A stretch of DNA of 64,000 bases from an uncultured Verrucomicrobiae bacterium. Its GTDB lineage: Bacteria; Verrucomicrobiota; Verrucomicrobiia; Chthoniobacterales; JAATET01. Positions 43,765 through 52,759 of the stretch are shown here, in pieces; within the stretch, counting starts at the first letter, position 1, and each line of letters starts with the position of its first letter. The position numbers and the translations under genes are program-made. The notes beneath the pieces were generated by a model. It was not told the DNA's origin and did no database searches. It saw nothing but the letters and a program-made list of their open reading frames with translations. Where the stretch lies: NCBI GenBank assembly GCA_963803825.1, contig CAWDOJ010000003.1, forward strand, positions 215,724 through 279,723, written 5' to 3'.

Positions 43765-44859
43765 GTGATCGGGCCGGGGTCGACGATTGGCATGCTGGGG
43801 GGCGGGCAGCTCGGGCGGATGTTTGCGCTGGAGGCGCGGCGGCTGGGGTATCGGGTGCACGTCTATGAGCCGAAGGCCGATTCGCCCGCGGGGCAAGTGG
43901 CAGATCACGAGGTGAACGCGGCGTGGTCGGACCTGGCGGCGCTGCGGGAGTTTGCCTCGGCGGTGGACGTGGTGACGTACGAGTTCGAAAACATCCCCGT
44001 GGATGCGGTGGCGGCGGTGAGTGAGCGGTGCGAGGTGTTGCCCGGAGCGGGGGTGCTGCGGGTGTGCAAGAACCGGGTGCGCGAGAAGAGCTTTCTACGG
44101 GAGAACGGGATTCCCTGCGCGCCGTTTTGGGTGGTTGGCTCGGTGGAGGAGTTGGCGGTTGCTCTGACGGAGTTAGGAGAGGCGGGTGGGGTGCTTAAGA
44201 CGGCCGAGTCGGGCTACGACGGGAAGGGCCAGATCCGCGTGAACGATCGCAACGTCGCGGCGGCCCAGCTCTGGAATGACCTGGCCGCACGAGACGCGGT
44301 GCTAGAAGGTTGGGTGAAGTTCGAAAAGGAATTCTCGGTGATCTGTGCTCGGGGTCGGGACGGGGAGGTCTCGGTGTTTCCAGTCGCGGAGAACGTGCAC
44401 GTGGACCACATCCTGGAGCGCTCGATCGTGCCGGCTCAGATTCCGGAGGGCGCGGCGAAAGAGGGCATGCGGATGGCGGCTGAGATCGCCGAGCGATTGG
44501 ACGTGGTGGGGGTGATTGCGGTGGAGTGTTTTCTGCTCGGCGACGGCTCGGTGCTGGTGAACGAGATAGCTCCGCGACCGCACAACTCGGGGCATTTTTC
44601 TTTCGACGCCTGCGTGACAAGTCAGTTCGAGCAGCAGTTGCGGGCGGTGTGTGGATTGCCGCTCGGGTCGGTTGATTTGTTGCGACCGGTGGTGATGGTG
44701 AATCTGCTCGGTGATCGTTGGGTGGACGGGGAGCCGGATTGGACGGAGTATCTGAGCGATCCGAACGCGAAGCTGCATCTTTACGGGAAAGGTGAGCCGC
44801 GAGCGGGGCGGAAGATGGGACACGTTAATTTCTTAGGAGAAAATAAAAGCGATGGGTGA
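43765..44859 (+). CDS. purK: N5-carboxyaminoimidazole ribonucleotide synthase
   Basis: IGMLGGGQLGRMFALEA, an ATP-grasp region and EIAPRPHNSGH. Start at GTG 43765 (ATG 43792 is also possible). Confidence 0.85.
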   Translation: MIGPGSTIGMLGGGQLGRMFALEARRLGYRVHVYEPKADSPAGQVADHEVNAAWSDLAALREFASAVDVVTYEFENIPVDAVAAVSERCEVLPGAGVLRVCKNRVREKSFLRENGIPCAPFWVVGSVEELAVALTELGEAGGVLKTAESGYDGKGQIRVNDRNVAAAQLWNDLAARDAVLEGWVKFEKEFSVICARGRDGEVSVFPVAENVHVDHILERSIVPAQIPEGAAKEGMRMAAEIAERLDVVGVIAVECFLLGDGSVLVNEIAPRPHNSGHFSFDACVTSQFEQQLRAVCGLPLGSVDLLRPVVMVNLLGDRWVDGEPDWTEYLSDPNAKLHLYGKGEPRAGRKMGHVNFLGENKSDG

Positions 44860-45226
44860 GGTGAATAGTCGGGTGGTGAAGGTCGAGACGCCTTGGTTGG
44901 TGATCGTGACGGCGGTGTCGATTGCGGCGCTGTTGTTGGCGGGGATAATTTTTGCCGTCTGGACGAGCGGGCAGGGGGTGATGGCGGCGCGAATGACCGG
45001 GACGGTGGTCGCGAAGGAGTTTATTCCGCTGGCCGAGGAGCAGATCACCTTCGGGGAGGATGGGTTGAAGACCGGGAGCTTGGCGGGGAGTTACACGCTC
45101 ACCGTGGACGTGCCGATGCCGGACGGGACGGTGGAACCCTACGTGGTGGAGAGGTTGGGGAAAGAGCGTTGGGAGGCGGTGAGCGTGGGAGACTCGTTTG
45201 ACGTGGGGCCGCTGTTGGTGAAGTGA
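44852..45226 (+). CDS. small membrane-anchored hypothetical protein (124 aa)
   Basis: 8-nt overlap with the purK stop. One N-terminal TM span (WLVIVTAVSIAALLLAGIIFAVW). Confidence 0.5.
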   Translation: MGEVNSRVVKVETPWLVIVTAVSIAALLLAGIIFAVWTSGQGVMAARMTGTVVAKEFIPLAEEQITFGEDGLKTGSLAGSYTLTVDVPMPDGTVEPYVVERLGKERWEAVSVGDSFDVGPLLVK

Positions 45227-45230
45227 CGGC

Positions 45231-45311
45231 TTCGGCTCTTTCGCTTCGCTCAATCTGCCGAGAAATGCGGCGGGACGCTGCATCTCGCACGCGGGGACGC
45301 GTGCGCTCCCC
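45231..45311 (+). repeat. 81-nt intergenic double-hairpin repeat, copy B
   Basis: ttcggctctttcgcttcgctcaatctgccgagaaatgcggcgggacgctgcatctcgcacgcggggacgcgtgcgctcccc. It starts 5 nt after the stop at 45226. Colinear with copy A. Confidence 0.9.
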
Positions 45312-45364
45312 ATCCTGATTTTGAACGGTTCGCGGGGTGGCGTGTCTGTTTGCTTTCCAATTGT

Positions 45365-46357
45365 ATGAGTAGTGTGTCCACGCAAGAGCTGAATCGAGAA
45401 GTCCAGGAAACGAGCCAATGGGTGCAGCCGCTGCTGCAAGAGATCGGGAAGGTCGTGGTGGGTCAGAGTGTGCTCGTCGAGCGCTTGCTGGTCGGGCTGC
45501 TGACGAATGGCCACGTGTTGCTCGAGGGCGTGCCGGGACTCGCTAAGACGCTCACGGTGAGGACGCTGGCTTCGAGTATCAACACCGGATTCCAACGGTT
45601 GCAGTTCACGCCGGATTTGCTTCCCGCAGATCTCGTCGGCACGCTGATCTACAATCAGAAGGACGGGGAATTTAGCACGAAGCTGGGTCCGATTTTCTCA
45701 AATCTCATCTTGGCGGACGAGATCAATCGGGCACCGGCCAAGGTGCAAAGTGCGCTGCTCGAGGCGATGCAGGAGCGGCAGGTGACGATCGGGGAGAAGA
45801 CCTTCAAACTGCCGGATCCATTCCTGGTGCTGGCGACCCAGAATCCGATCGAGCAGGAGGGGACTTATCAACTGCCGGAGGCGCAGTTGGATCGGTTCAT
45901 GTTGAAAGTGAACGTGGGGTATCCGACGCGGGCGGAGGAACGGGCGATCCTCGACGCGATGGCGACGTCCGCTCCGAAGTTGGACGTGGATGCTCTGGTC
46001 GAACCGGAGCAAATCATCCGGGCGCGGGAGGTGGTGAACTCGGTGTTCGTCGACGACCGGGTGAAGGATTACATCGTCGACGTGGTCTGGGCGACGCGGG
46101 ATCCTCGCTCGTTCAAGCTCAATCTGGATGGGATGATCCGATACGGGGCGTCGCCGCGAGCGACGATTTTTCTGACGTTGGCGGCGAAGGCGAATGCGTA
46201 TCTCAACGGTCGCGGCTACGTGACGCCGCAGGACGTGAAGAGTATCGGTCTGGACATCCTGCGGCACCGGGTCGCAGTGAGCTACGAGGCGGAAGCTGAA
46301 GAGGTCACGAGTGAGATGGTCGTTGAGAAGATCTTCGCGGGCATTCCAGTTCCCTAA
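45365..46357 (+). CDS. MoxR-family AAA+ ATPase
   Basis: GHVLLEGVPGLAKT, ILADEINRAPAKVQSALLEAMQE and LATQNPIEQEGTYQLPEAQLDRF. Confidence 0.9.
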   Translation: MSSVSTQELNREVQETSQWVQPLLQEIGKVVVGQSVLVERLLVGLLTNGHVLLEGVPGLAKTLTVRTLASSINTGFQRLQFTPDLLPADLVGTLIYNQKDGEFSTKLGPIFSNLILADEINRAPAKVQSALLEAMQERQVTIGEKTFKLPDPFLVLATQNPIEQEGTYQLPEAQLDRFMLKVNVGYPTRAEERAILDAMATSAPKLDVDALVEPEQIIRAREVVNSVFVDDRVKDYIVDVVWATRDPRSFKLNLDGMIRYGASPRATIFLTLAAKANAYLNGRGYVTPQDVKSIGLDILRHRVAVSYEAEAEEVTSEMVVEKIFAGIPVP

Positions 46358-46397
46358 TCGAGCGGCGCTCGGTCGAGCGCGTCGCAGAGTGGTTGTC

Positions 46398-47282
46398 ATG
46401 CAGGAACCGAAAGAAATCCTCAAAAAGATCCGCAAGCTGGAGCTTCGCACGCGGCGGTTGGTCGAAGCTTCTTTCGCGGGAGCTTACCAATCGGTCTTCA
46501 AGGGGCGGGGGATGAATTTCGAAGAAGTCCGGGAGTACGTCGCCGGGGACGAGATTCGGACGATCGACTGGAACGTGACGGCGCGAATGGACGCTCCGTT
46601 CGTGAAGAAATTTACCGAAGAGCGGGAGATGACGGTGATGTTGCTCGTGGACGTGAGCGCGTCGGGCGACTACGGCAGCGTCGAGAACAGCAAGCGCGAG
46701 CTGGCGGCTGAGGTGGCGTCGATCCTGGCGTTCAGCGCGATCCAGAACAACGACAAGGTCGGGCTACTGCTTTTCACGGATGAGGTGGAACTCTTTATCC
46801 CGCCAAAGAAAGGGCGGTTGCACACGCTGCGATTAATCCGGGAAATGATCTACTTCGAGCCGAAGGCGACGGGGACGGACGTGGGGGCGGCGTTGGACTA
46901 TCTCAATAAGGTCGTGTCGCGGCGGGCGGTGGTGTTCCTGATCTCGGATTTCTTTGCGCCGGACTTCTCGAAGGCGCTGACGGTGACCGGGAAGCGACAC
47001 GATCTGGTGGCAATGCCGGTGATCGATCCTGGCGAGGAGGAGTTGCCGGAGATCGGGATCGTGACCTTGCAGGACGCGGAGACGGGCCGGCAGATCGACA
47101 TCAATACCTCGACGCGGTCGGTGGCGAACGCGTTCGTGGCACTTCAAGACAAGCGGCACGCCGAGCTGGAACGGCTTTTTCGAAAGCGGCGGATCGACGT
47201 GATTCCACTGCGGACGGACCGAGATTATCTGATGCCGCTGCGGGCGTTTTTTGAAAAGCGGGAGCGGCGGCAGGGCGCGTGA
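46398..47282 (+). CDS. DUF58 domain protein (vWA-like, MoxR partner)
   Basis: Start at ATG 46398. FKGRGMNFEEVREYVAGDEIRTIDWNVTAR is the DUF58 hallmark. Confidence 0.85.
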   Translation: MQEPKEILKKIRKLELRTRRLVEASFAGAYQSVFKGRGMNFEEVREYVAGDEIRTIDWNVTARMDAPFVKKFTEEREMTVMLLVDVSASGDYGSVENSKRELAAEVASILAFSAIQNNDKVGLLLFTDEVELFIPPKKGRLHTLRLIREMIYFEPKATGTDVGAALDYLNKVVSRRAVVFLISDFFAPDFSKALTVTGKRHDLVAMPVIDPGEEELPEIGIVTLQDAETGRQIDINTSTRSVANAFVALQDKRHAELERLFRKRRIDVIPLRTDRDYLMPLRAFFEKRERRQGA

Positions 47283-47285
47283 GGG

Positions 47286-47320
47286 CATTTATGATTTGCG
47301 ATTTGCGATTGATGATTGGG
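47286..47320 (+). repeat. GATT-phased heptad repeat element (catttat gatttgc gatttgc gattgat gattggg)
   Basis: Read directly. It lies between the DUF58 stop (47282) and the GTG start at 47329, and is paralogous to 14959-14993. Confidence 0.85.
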
Positions 47321-47328
47321 GGTGAGCG

Positions 47329-47841
47329 GTGAATCCGGAAGCTGGTCCGACTCCGGCACCGCTGCACGATATCGCAGGGCCGATGGAATTTTTTCCCTAT
47401 CCGATCTGGATGGTGGTGCTGGCCGCGCTTGCGGTCTTGGCCTTGGTGGGATGGCTGGTTTGGTTTTTCTTCGTGCGGACGCGGCCCGGTCGGGTTGTGT
47501 CGAGCCGGGATCGGGCGCGGCGGAAGCTCGGGGGACTGCGCGAGCGGGTGGGGACGACGGAGGTCTACGACTTTAGTATCGAGGTCTCGGAGGTGTTGCG
47601 GGGCTTCATCGAGGAAACGCGTGGTCTGCGCGTGACAACCCAGACGACGATGGAATTTCTGGCGGCGATCGCGAAGGACTCCAATTTTTCGGATGAGGAA
47701 CGGGGTTTGCTCGCGAGCTTTCTGGAGAAGGCGGATCTCATCAAGTTCGCCCGCGTCCACGCGGTCGAGGAGGATAGCCGGGCACTGCTGGAGAGCGCGG
47801 TTGAATTCGTGGAAGAAAGCGCGAAGGGCGGGAAGAAATGA
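47329..47841 (+). CDS. DUF4381 domain protein (Bat operon membrane protein)
   Basis: GTG start. LHDIAGPMEFFPYPIW plus a single TM, with a C-terminal LIKFAR motif. Confidence 0.7.
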   Translation: MNPEAGPTPAPLHDIAGPMEFFPYPIWMVVLAALAVLALVGWLVWFFFVRTRPGRVVSSRDRARRKLGGLRERVGTTEVYDFSIEVSEVLRGFIEETRGLRVTTQTTMEFLAAIAKDSNFSDEERGLLASFLEKADLIKFARVHAVEEDSRALLESAVEFVEESAKGGKK

Positions 47842-48860
47842 GTGGGTTCGAATTCATGGGCGTTGGGTTTGCGCATCCTTGGGTGCTACTTCTTCTGCTG
47901 CTCATCCCGGTCTTGGCGGTTCTCAAGGGGAAGTTCGGGGGGACGCCCGGGGTGGTGTTTTCCTCGACGACGAGTCTCGAAGCGATCGGTGTCCGGCGAC
48001 GGTCGCGGGCGGGGGATTGGCTCACGGCGCTTTCCTGGCTGGCCTTCGCGGCGTTTGTCGTGGCGGCGGCGAGGCCACAGTCGGGGGAGACGATCACCAG
48101 GACGGAGGCGAGTGGGATCGACATCATGCTGGCGATTGACGTGTCTGGGTCGATGCTGGCGGAGGATTTTTCAATCGGAAATCAGCGTGCAAATCGCCTT
48201 GAAGCCGTGAAGCGGGTGACGCGAGAATTCATCGAGCAACGGCCAAATGATCGGATCGGGATCGTGGCGTTTGCGGGGCAGGCTTACTTGGTAAGTCCGC
48301 TGACGTTGGATCACAATTGGTTGCTCAAGAATCTGGAGCGGGTCCAGATCGGGCTGGTTGAGGATGGGACGGCGATCGGGTCCGCCATCGCGTCGGCAGC
48401 CAATCGATTGAAGGACAAGGAGGCGAAGACGAAGCTGGTGGTGCTCTTGACCGACGGGGACAACAACTCGGGTAAGGTGACTCCGCTGACGGCGGCGGAG
48501 GCGGCGAAGGCGCTGGGCATCCGGATCTACACGATCGGCGCGGGGACGCGGGGAACGGCTCCGTATCCGATGCGATCCACGACCGGGCGGCTGATGGGTT
48601 ACCAGAACATCCCCGTCCAATTCGATGAAGAGACGCTCGAGCAGATCGCGTCGATCTCGGGTGGGGAGTATTTCCGCGCGACGGATACGGCTTCTCTCGA
48701 GGCGATCTTCGGCGAGATCGACAAGTTGGAAAAATCCAAAGTCGAGGTTGAGAAGGTCGCGCAATACACGGATTGGTATCACTGGTTCATCTTGCTGGGC
48801 GTGACGGTGCTCACGGGCGAGGTGTTGCTTTCGCAAACGATATGGAGACGACTGCCGTAG
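47838..48860 (+). CDS. batA: BatA: vWA domain membrane protein
   Basis: ATGA overlap with the preceding gene. HPWVLLLLLLIPVL, a MIDAS motif DVSGSM, and a C-terminal TM span. Confidence 0.85.
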   Translation: MSGFEFMGVGFAHPWVLLLLLLIPVLAVLKGKFGGTPGVVFSSTTSLEAIGVRRRSRAGDWLTALSWLAFAAFVVAAARPQSGETITRTEASGIDIMLAIDVSGSMLAEDFSIGNQRANRLEAVKRVTREFIEQRPNDRIGIVAFAGQAYLVSPLTLDHNWLLKNLERVQIGLVEDGTAIGSAIASAANRLKDKEAKTKLVVLLTDGDNNSGKVTPLTAAEAAKALGIRIYTIGAGTRGTAPYPMRSTTGRLMGYQNIPVQFDEETLEQIASISGGEYFRATDTASLEAIFGEIDKLEKSKVEVEKVAQYTDWYHWFILLGVTVLTGEVLLSQTIWRRLP

Positions 48861-50893
48861 AAACTGGACTGACCTTCGGGGAGCCCCTGTGGCTCTGGGC
48901 TCTGGTTCTCGTGCCGGTGCTCTTCGCAATCTATTGGCGGGCGCAGGTCAAGCGGAATGCGTTGATCGGTCGGATCGTCGCGCCAAGGTTGCGCGAACAA
49001 CTTGCTTCGGGCGTCAATCCGACGATGCGCTGGGTTCGCGCTGGGCTGGTTCTTCTGGCGATTGGACTCGCCGTCGTCGCCATGGCGAAGCCGCGGATGG
49101 GATACGTGCAGCGGGAGATCACGACAAAAGGACGCGACGTGCTGCTGGCAATCGATACTTCGCGGAGCATGCTCGCAAACGACGTGACGCCGACGCGGCT
49201 CGCCCGGGCGAAGCTGGTCTCGCAGGATCTGATGCGGCTGCTGCGGGGGGATCGGCTTGGGGTGATCGCGTTCGCCGGGTCGGCGTTTTTGCAGGCGCCT
49301 TTGACGTTGGACGATAACGCGGTGCTGGCGACATTAGACGAGTTGGACACAGACGTCATCCCACGAGGCGGGTCGAATCTGGCGGCAGCGATCCAGACGG
49401 CCATTGATGCGTTCGGCAAAGCGGAGGGGGTGATGCGGGCGCTGGTGATTCTCACGGATGGGGAAGAGCTTGACGCGGACGGAGTGGCGGCCGCGAAGCG
49501 GGCGGGGGAGGCGGGGATCCGGATCTTCACGATTGGCTTGGGATCAGCGGAGGGGGCGTTGATCCCGGTGCGGACAGCGGATGGGCGGCAGGATTTTGTC
49601 CGAGACGCGGATGGGGAGCCGGTGCGCTCGAGCCTGGACGCAGCGCGGCTCGGCGAGATCGCGGAGGCGACGGGCGGGTTCTACACCTCGCTCACGCCGG
49701 ACGTCGCGCGGGAGGTCTTTACGAATGGGATCGAGCCGCTGGAGGAGCAGGAGACGGGGGTCATGTCTTCGCGTCAACCCGTCGAGCAATACGCCTGGCC
49801 GCTCGGGGGAGCGCTGGTGCTGCTGACACTGTGGATCGTGCTGGGTGAGGGGCGTTGGGCGCGGCGGCGCTCGGGGGCGGCGACGAGGACGGCGGCGGTC
49901 GCGGGAGCGCTGCTCGTGATCGCTCCGCAGGTGCGGGCAGCCGATGGATTGGCGAGCTACCAAGCGGGAGATTACGAAGGGGCGATGGCGGTCTTCGAGG
50001 CGGATGCCGAGCGGTTACCCGAGTCCGAAAAGTTAAAATTCAACGCCGGAGCGTCGGCGTATCAAGCGGGCGACTACGCGAAGGCGGTGGACCTATTCAC
50101 GGAAGCGCTCTTGGCGGACGACGAGGAGCTGCGGGCAAACGTGGAGTACAATCTGGGAAATTCGCTGGCGCGCCGGGGCGAGGCGGCGAAGTCGGAAGAG
50201 GGAAAGAAGGCGGATTGGACGGACGCGATTGATCACTACACCGCAGCGCTGGATCTGGACCCCGGGAACACGCAGGCGGAAGAGAATCGGGACATCGTGA
50301 AGAAAATGCTGGAGGACCTCAACCAGGAGCAGGACGAGGAAGAGCAGCAAGATCAAGAGCAGGAAAACGACAATCAGGATCAGGAGCAGGAAGAGCAGCA
50401 GGAGCAGGAAGAGCAGCAGGATCAAGAAAACGACGAGCAGCGGGAAGATCAGGAGCAGGACGGCGAGCAGCAGGAGAATGAGGGGCAGCCCGATGAAGGA
50501 GAATCCGACGAGCAGGAAGGCGAGCAAGGCGACGAACCACAGGATCAAGGGGGTGAATCTGGAGACGAGCAATCCGAGGAATCGGAGCAGCCGGACGGTG
50601 CGGGTGATCAGCAAAGGGATGGTGAACAATCTGGGGACGAGGAACAGCCGGGAGCTGAGCCGACGCCGACGCCGGCAGAGCCGAAGGAAGGGGACCTGAC
50701 CTCGCAGGGAGGCGAGCCGTCCGAAGACAACGTTGAGCAAGCGGGTGAGGCAGGCGAATCGGGCGAGGAGGTCCCGGAAGGCGAGATGTCGGAGGCGCAG
50801 GCGCGCAATCTCCTGCGATCCATGCAGGGAGACGAGGAGCGGGTGCAGATGATGGAGCGGCAGGAGCAGCGCGGTGTGCGCAGGGACTGGTAA
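48842..50893 (+). CDS. BatB-BatC-like fusion: vWA domain plus TPR repeats plus a ~180-aa acidic E/Q/D low-complexity tail
   Basis: Start at ATG 48842 (METTAVE...). FGEPLWLWALVLVP, MIDAS DTSRSM, and TPR-like YQAGDYEGAM / YQAGDYAKAV. The E/Q/D-rich region spans roughly 50290-50830. Confidence 0.8.
   Translation: METTAVETGLTFGEPLWLWALVLVPVLFAIYWRAQVKRNALIGRIVAPRLREQLASGVNPTMRWVRAGLVLLAIGLAVVAMAKPRMGYVQREITTKGRDVLLAIDTSRSMLANDVTPTRLARAKLVSQDLMRLLRGDRLGVIAFAGSAFLQAPLTLDDNAVLATLDELDTDVIPRGGSNLAAAIQTAIDAFGKAEGVMRALVILTDGEELDADGVAAAKRAGEAGIRIFTIGLGSAEGALIPVRTADGRQDFVRDADGEPVRSSLDAARLGEIAEATGGFYTSLTPDVAREVFTNGIEPLEEQETGVMSSRQPVEQYAWPLGGALVLLTLWIVLGEGRWARRRSGAATRTAAVAGALLVIAPQVRAADGLASYQAGDYEGAMAVFEADAERLPESEKLKFNAGASAYQAGDYAKAVDLFTEALLADDEELRANVEYNLGNSLARRGEAAKSEEGKKADWTDAIDHYTAALDLDPGNTQAEENRDIVKKMLEDLNQEQDEEEQQDQEQENDNQDQEQEEQQEQEEQQDQENDEQREDQEQDGEQQENEGQPDEGESDEQEGEQGDEPQDQGGESGDEQSEESEQPDGAGDQQRDGEQSGDEEQPGAEPTPTPAEPKEGDLTSQGGEPSEDNVEQAGEAGESGEEVPEGEMSEAQARNLLRSMQGDEERVQMMERQEQRGVRRDW
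50381..50416 (+). repeat. perfect 18-nt tandem duplication (caggagcaggaagagcag x2) inside the acidic tail coding region
   Basis: Read directly. It encodes QEQEEQ QEQEEQ. Confidence 0.9.
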
Positions 50894-50917
50894 ATCGGAG
50901 GAGGTTCGAAGTTTGAA

Positions 50918-52759
50918 ATGAAGAATTTGAAATGGATTTGGGCGCTGACCGTTTGGGCGGTCATCGTCGGGGAGGGTGTCGCGGCGGAGGTGAAGGCGAC
51001 TTTGTCGGCGGACCAGGTGGCAATGGGAGTGCCGGTCCAGTTACAGATCCGCGTGGAAGGATCCGCGAACGTGCGGGTGCCGAGGACGGTGGACGTCGAT
51101 GGGCTGCTGATCAGCCAGCGCGGATGGTCTTCGGAGGTCCAGCAGCGAGGTAATCAAGCGACGTCGACGGCGTTGATCACCTACCAAGTGCTGGCGCAGC
51201 GCGAGGGGATCTTCGAGATCCCCGCGATCCAGCTTCAGGTCGATGGAGAAGTGGTCACCACGGATCCCGTGACTCTGGAGGTCACCGGTGGCGGTGCCCC
51301 GCATTCGCGGCGCGCGATTCCAGTATTCCCTGGTTCGGGTGCCCAGCCAGGAGCGACGCCACCTGCTCCTGACGCGACGCAGCGGGCAGATCCCGATCCG
51401 GACGCGAGGTTGGCCTTCGCCGAGATGGTGATCCCGCGCGAATCCGTCTTCGTTGGGGAGCTGGTGCCAGTGGAGATCCGGTTTTACTTCAACAAAAATT
51501 ACGGATTTCGCCTGTTGGCGGAGCAACCGACACTGAGCGGCGAGGGCTTTACCGTCGAAGATCTCACAGCTCCCAAGCGAGGCGAGCAGATGGTGGACGG
51601 GACGGCTTATCACGTGTTCAGCTTTCAAAGTGCAATTACGCCGGTCAAGTCGGGCGAACTCGAGATCCCCGGGGTGAATATGCCGGCGGTCGTGCAGGTT
51701 CCTTCGCAGATGCCGCGAGGATTTGATGACTTGTTCAGCCAGTTCTTTGGGAATTCGGGAATGACCGATTCCGAACAACTGAACGTGACGACCGATCCGG
51801 TGCAGCTTCCCGTGAGGCCGCTACCGAAGGCAGGTCGACCGGAAAACTTCGCGGGCGCGATCGGCGATTTTTCTCTGGTCATCGACGCCGATCCGAAGAC
51901 CGCAGCGGCTGGCGATCCGCTGACGCTGCGGGCGCAAGTGAAAGGGCGGGGGAACTTCGGCGCGATGGGCGGGCCGAGCTTGGTGGGTGAAGACGGGTGG
52001 AGATCTTATCCGCCTTCGGAGAACTTCGACTCGGCGGATGCCATCGGGTTCGGCGGCACGAAGACGTATGATTACATGATCGTTGCGACTTCGAAGCAGA
52101 CGGAGACACCCGGGGTAGAATTCTCTTTTTTTGATCCGGCAAAAGAGGAATACGTGACGTTGGAGGGGCAGCCGGTGGCCGTGGTGGCCGATGCGGCGGT
52201 GTCGACTCCGACGCCGGGGGCCGTCGGTGACGATGCGGAAGAAGACGCGACGCTAGCGGCGTCGGGGGCGGAGAAGCTGAATTCTGAGGTACCGGGGCGG
52301 GCGGGGGTTTTGGAGAAAGCCACGCTGCGGACCTTCGCACCGCCGGTGCGGCAAGTGAGCTTCCTCGTGGTCAACGGGTTGGGACTCCTGACGGTGCTGG
52401 GTCTGGCGAGTGTGTTCCTCATGCGGCGACTGCGGACCGGTGAGCGCGCGAGGCGGGCGGCATTACGCCAGCGCCACGCGGCTTTGCTCGCGCGGCTGCG
52501 GGAGACGACGATCAGCGACGAGGATTTTTTGGTCGCGGCGGAGGACGATCTAGACGTCCTCGTGGATTTGACCGGTGCCGACGGGCGAGAGGAATTGATC
52601 CGTTCTGGGAGGGACTCGGACGAAGGGAGCGAGGCGTTGAATGGCCTGGGGGCCAAAGTCGACGAGCGGAAGTTTGCGAGCGGGGCAGCGGTGAGTTTGG
52701 GCGAGCGGGAGCGAAGGGCTGCGGTCGCGGCTTTGGCAGAATTGGGGGGCGGACGATGA
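50918..52759 (+). CDS. batD: BatD-like oxygen-tolerance protein
   Basis: 613 aa. Signal peptide, repeated Ig-like segments (GIFEIPAIQLQV, GELEIPGVNMPA), and a C-terminal TM span with an Arg-rich tail. Confidence 0.75.
   Translation: MKNLKWIWALTVWAVIVGEGVAAEVKATLSADQVAMGVPVQLQIRVEGSANVRVPRTVDVDGLLISQRGWSSEVQQRGNQATSTALITYQVLAQREGIFEIPAIQLQVDGEVVTTDPVTLEVTGGGAPHSRRAIPVFPGSGAQPGATPPAPDATQRADPDPDARLAFAEMVIPRESVFVGELVPVEIRFYFNKNYGFRLLAEQPTLSGEGFTVEDLTAPKRGEQMVDGTAYHVFSFQSAITPVKSGELEIPGVNMPAVVQVPSQMPRGFDDLFSQFFGNSGMTDSEQLNVTTDPVQLPVRPLPKAGRPENFAGAIGDFSLVIDADPKTAAAGDPLTLRAQVKGRGNFGAMGGPSLVGEDGWRSYPPSENFDSADAIGFGGTKTYDYMIVATSKQTETPGVEFSFFDPAKEEYVTLEGQPVAVVADAAVSTPTPGAVGDDAEEDATLAASGAEKLNSEVPGRAGVLEKATLRTFAPPVRQVSFLVVNGLGLLTVLGLASVFLMRRLRTGERARRAALRQRHAALLARLRETTISDEDFLVAAEDDLDVLVDLTGADGREELIRSGRDSDEGSEALNGLGAKVDERKFASGAAVSLGERERRAAVAALAELGGGR

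Noticed and set aside
50093-50740. 215-aa Leu/Phe-rich minus-strand ORF that looks like a membrane protein.
   Set aside because: It is the antisense of the GAG/CAG/GAA-rich acidic tail of the BatB/C gene, so the hydrophobic appearance is a compositional artefact.
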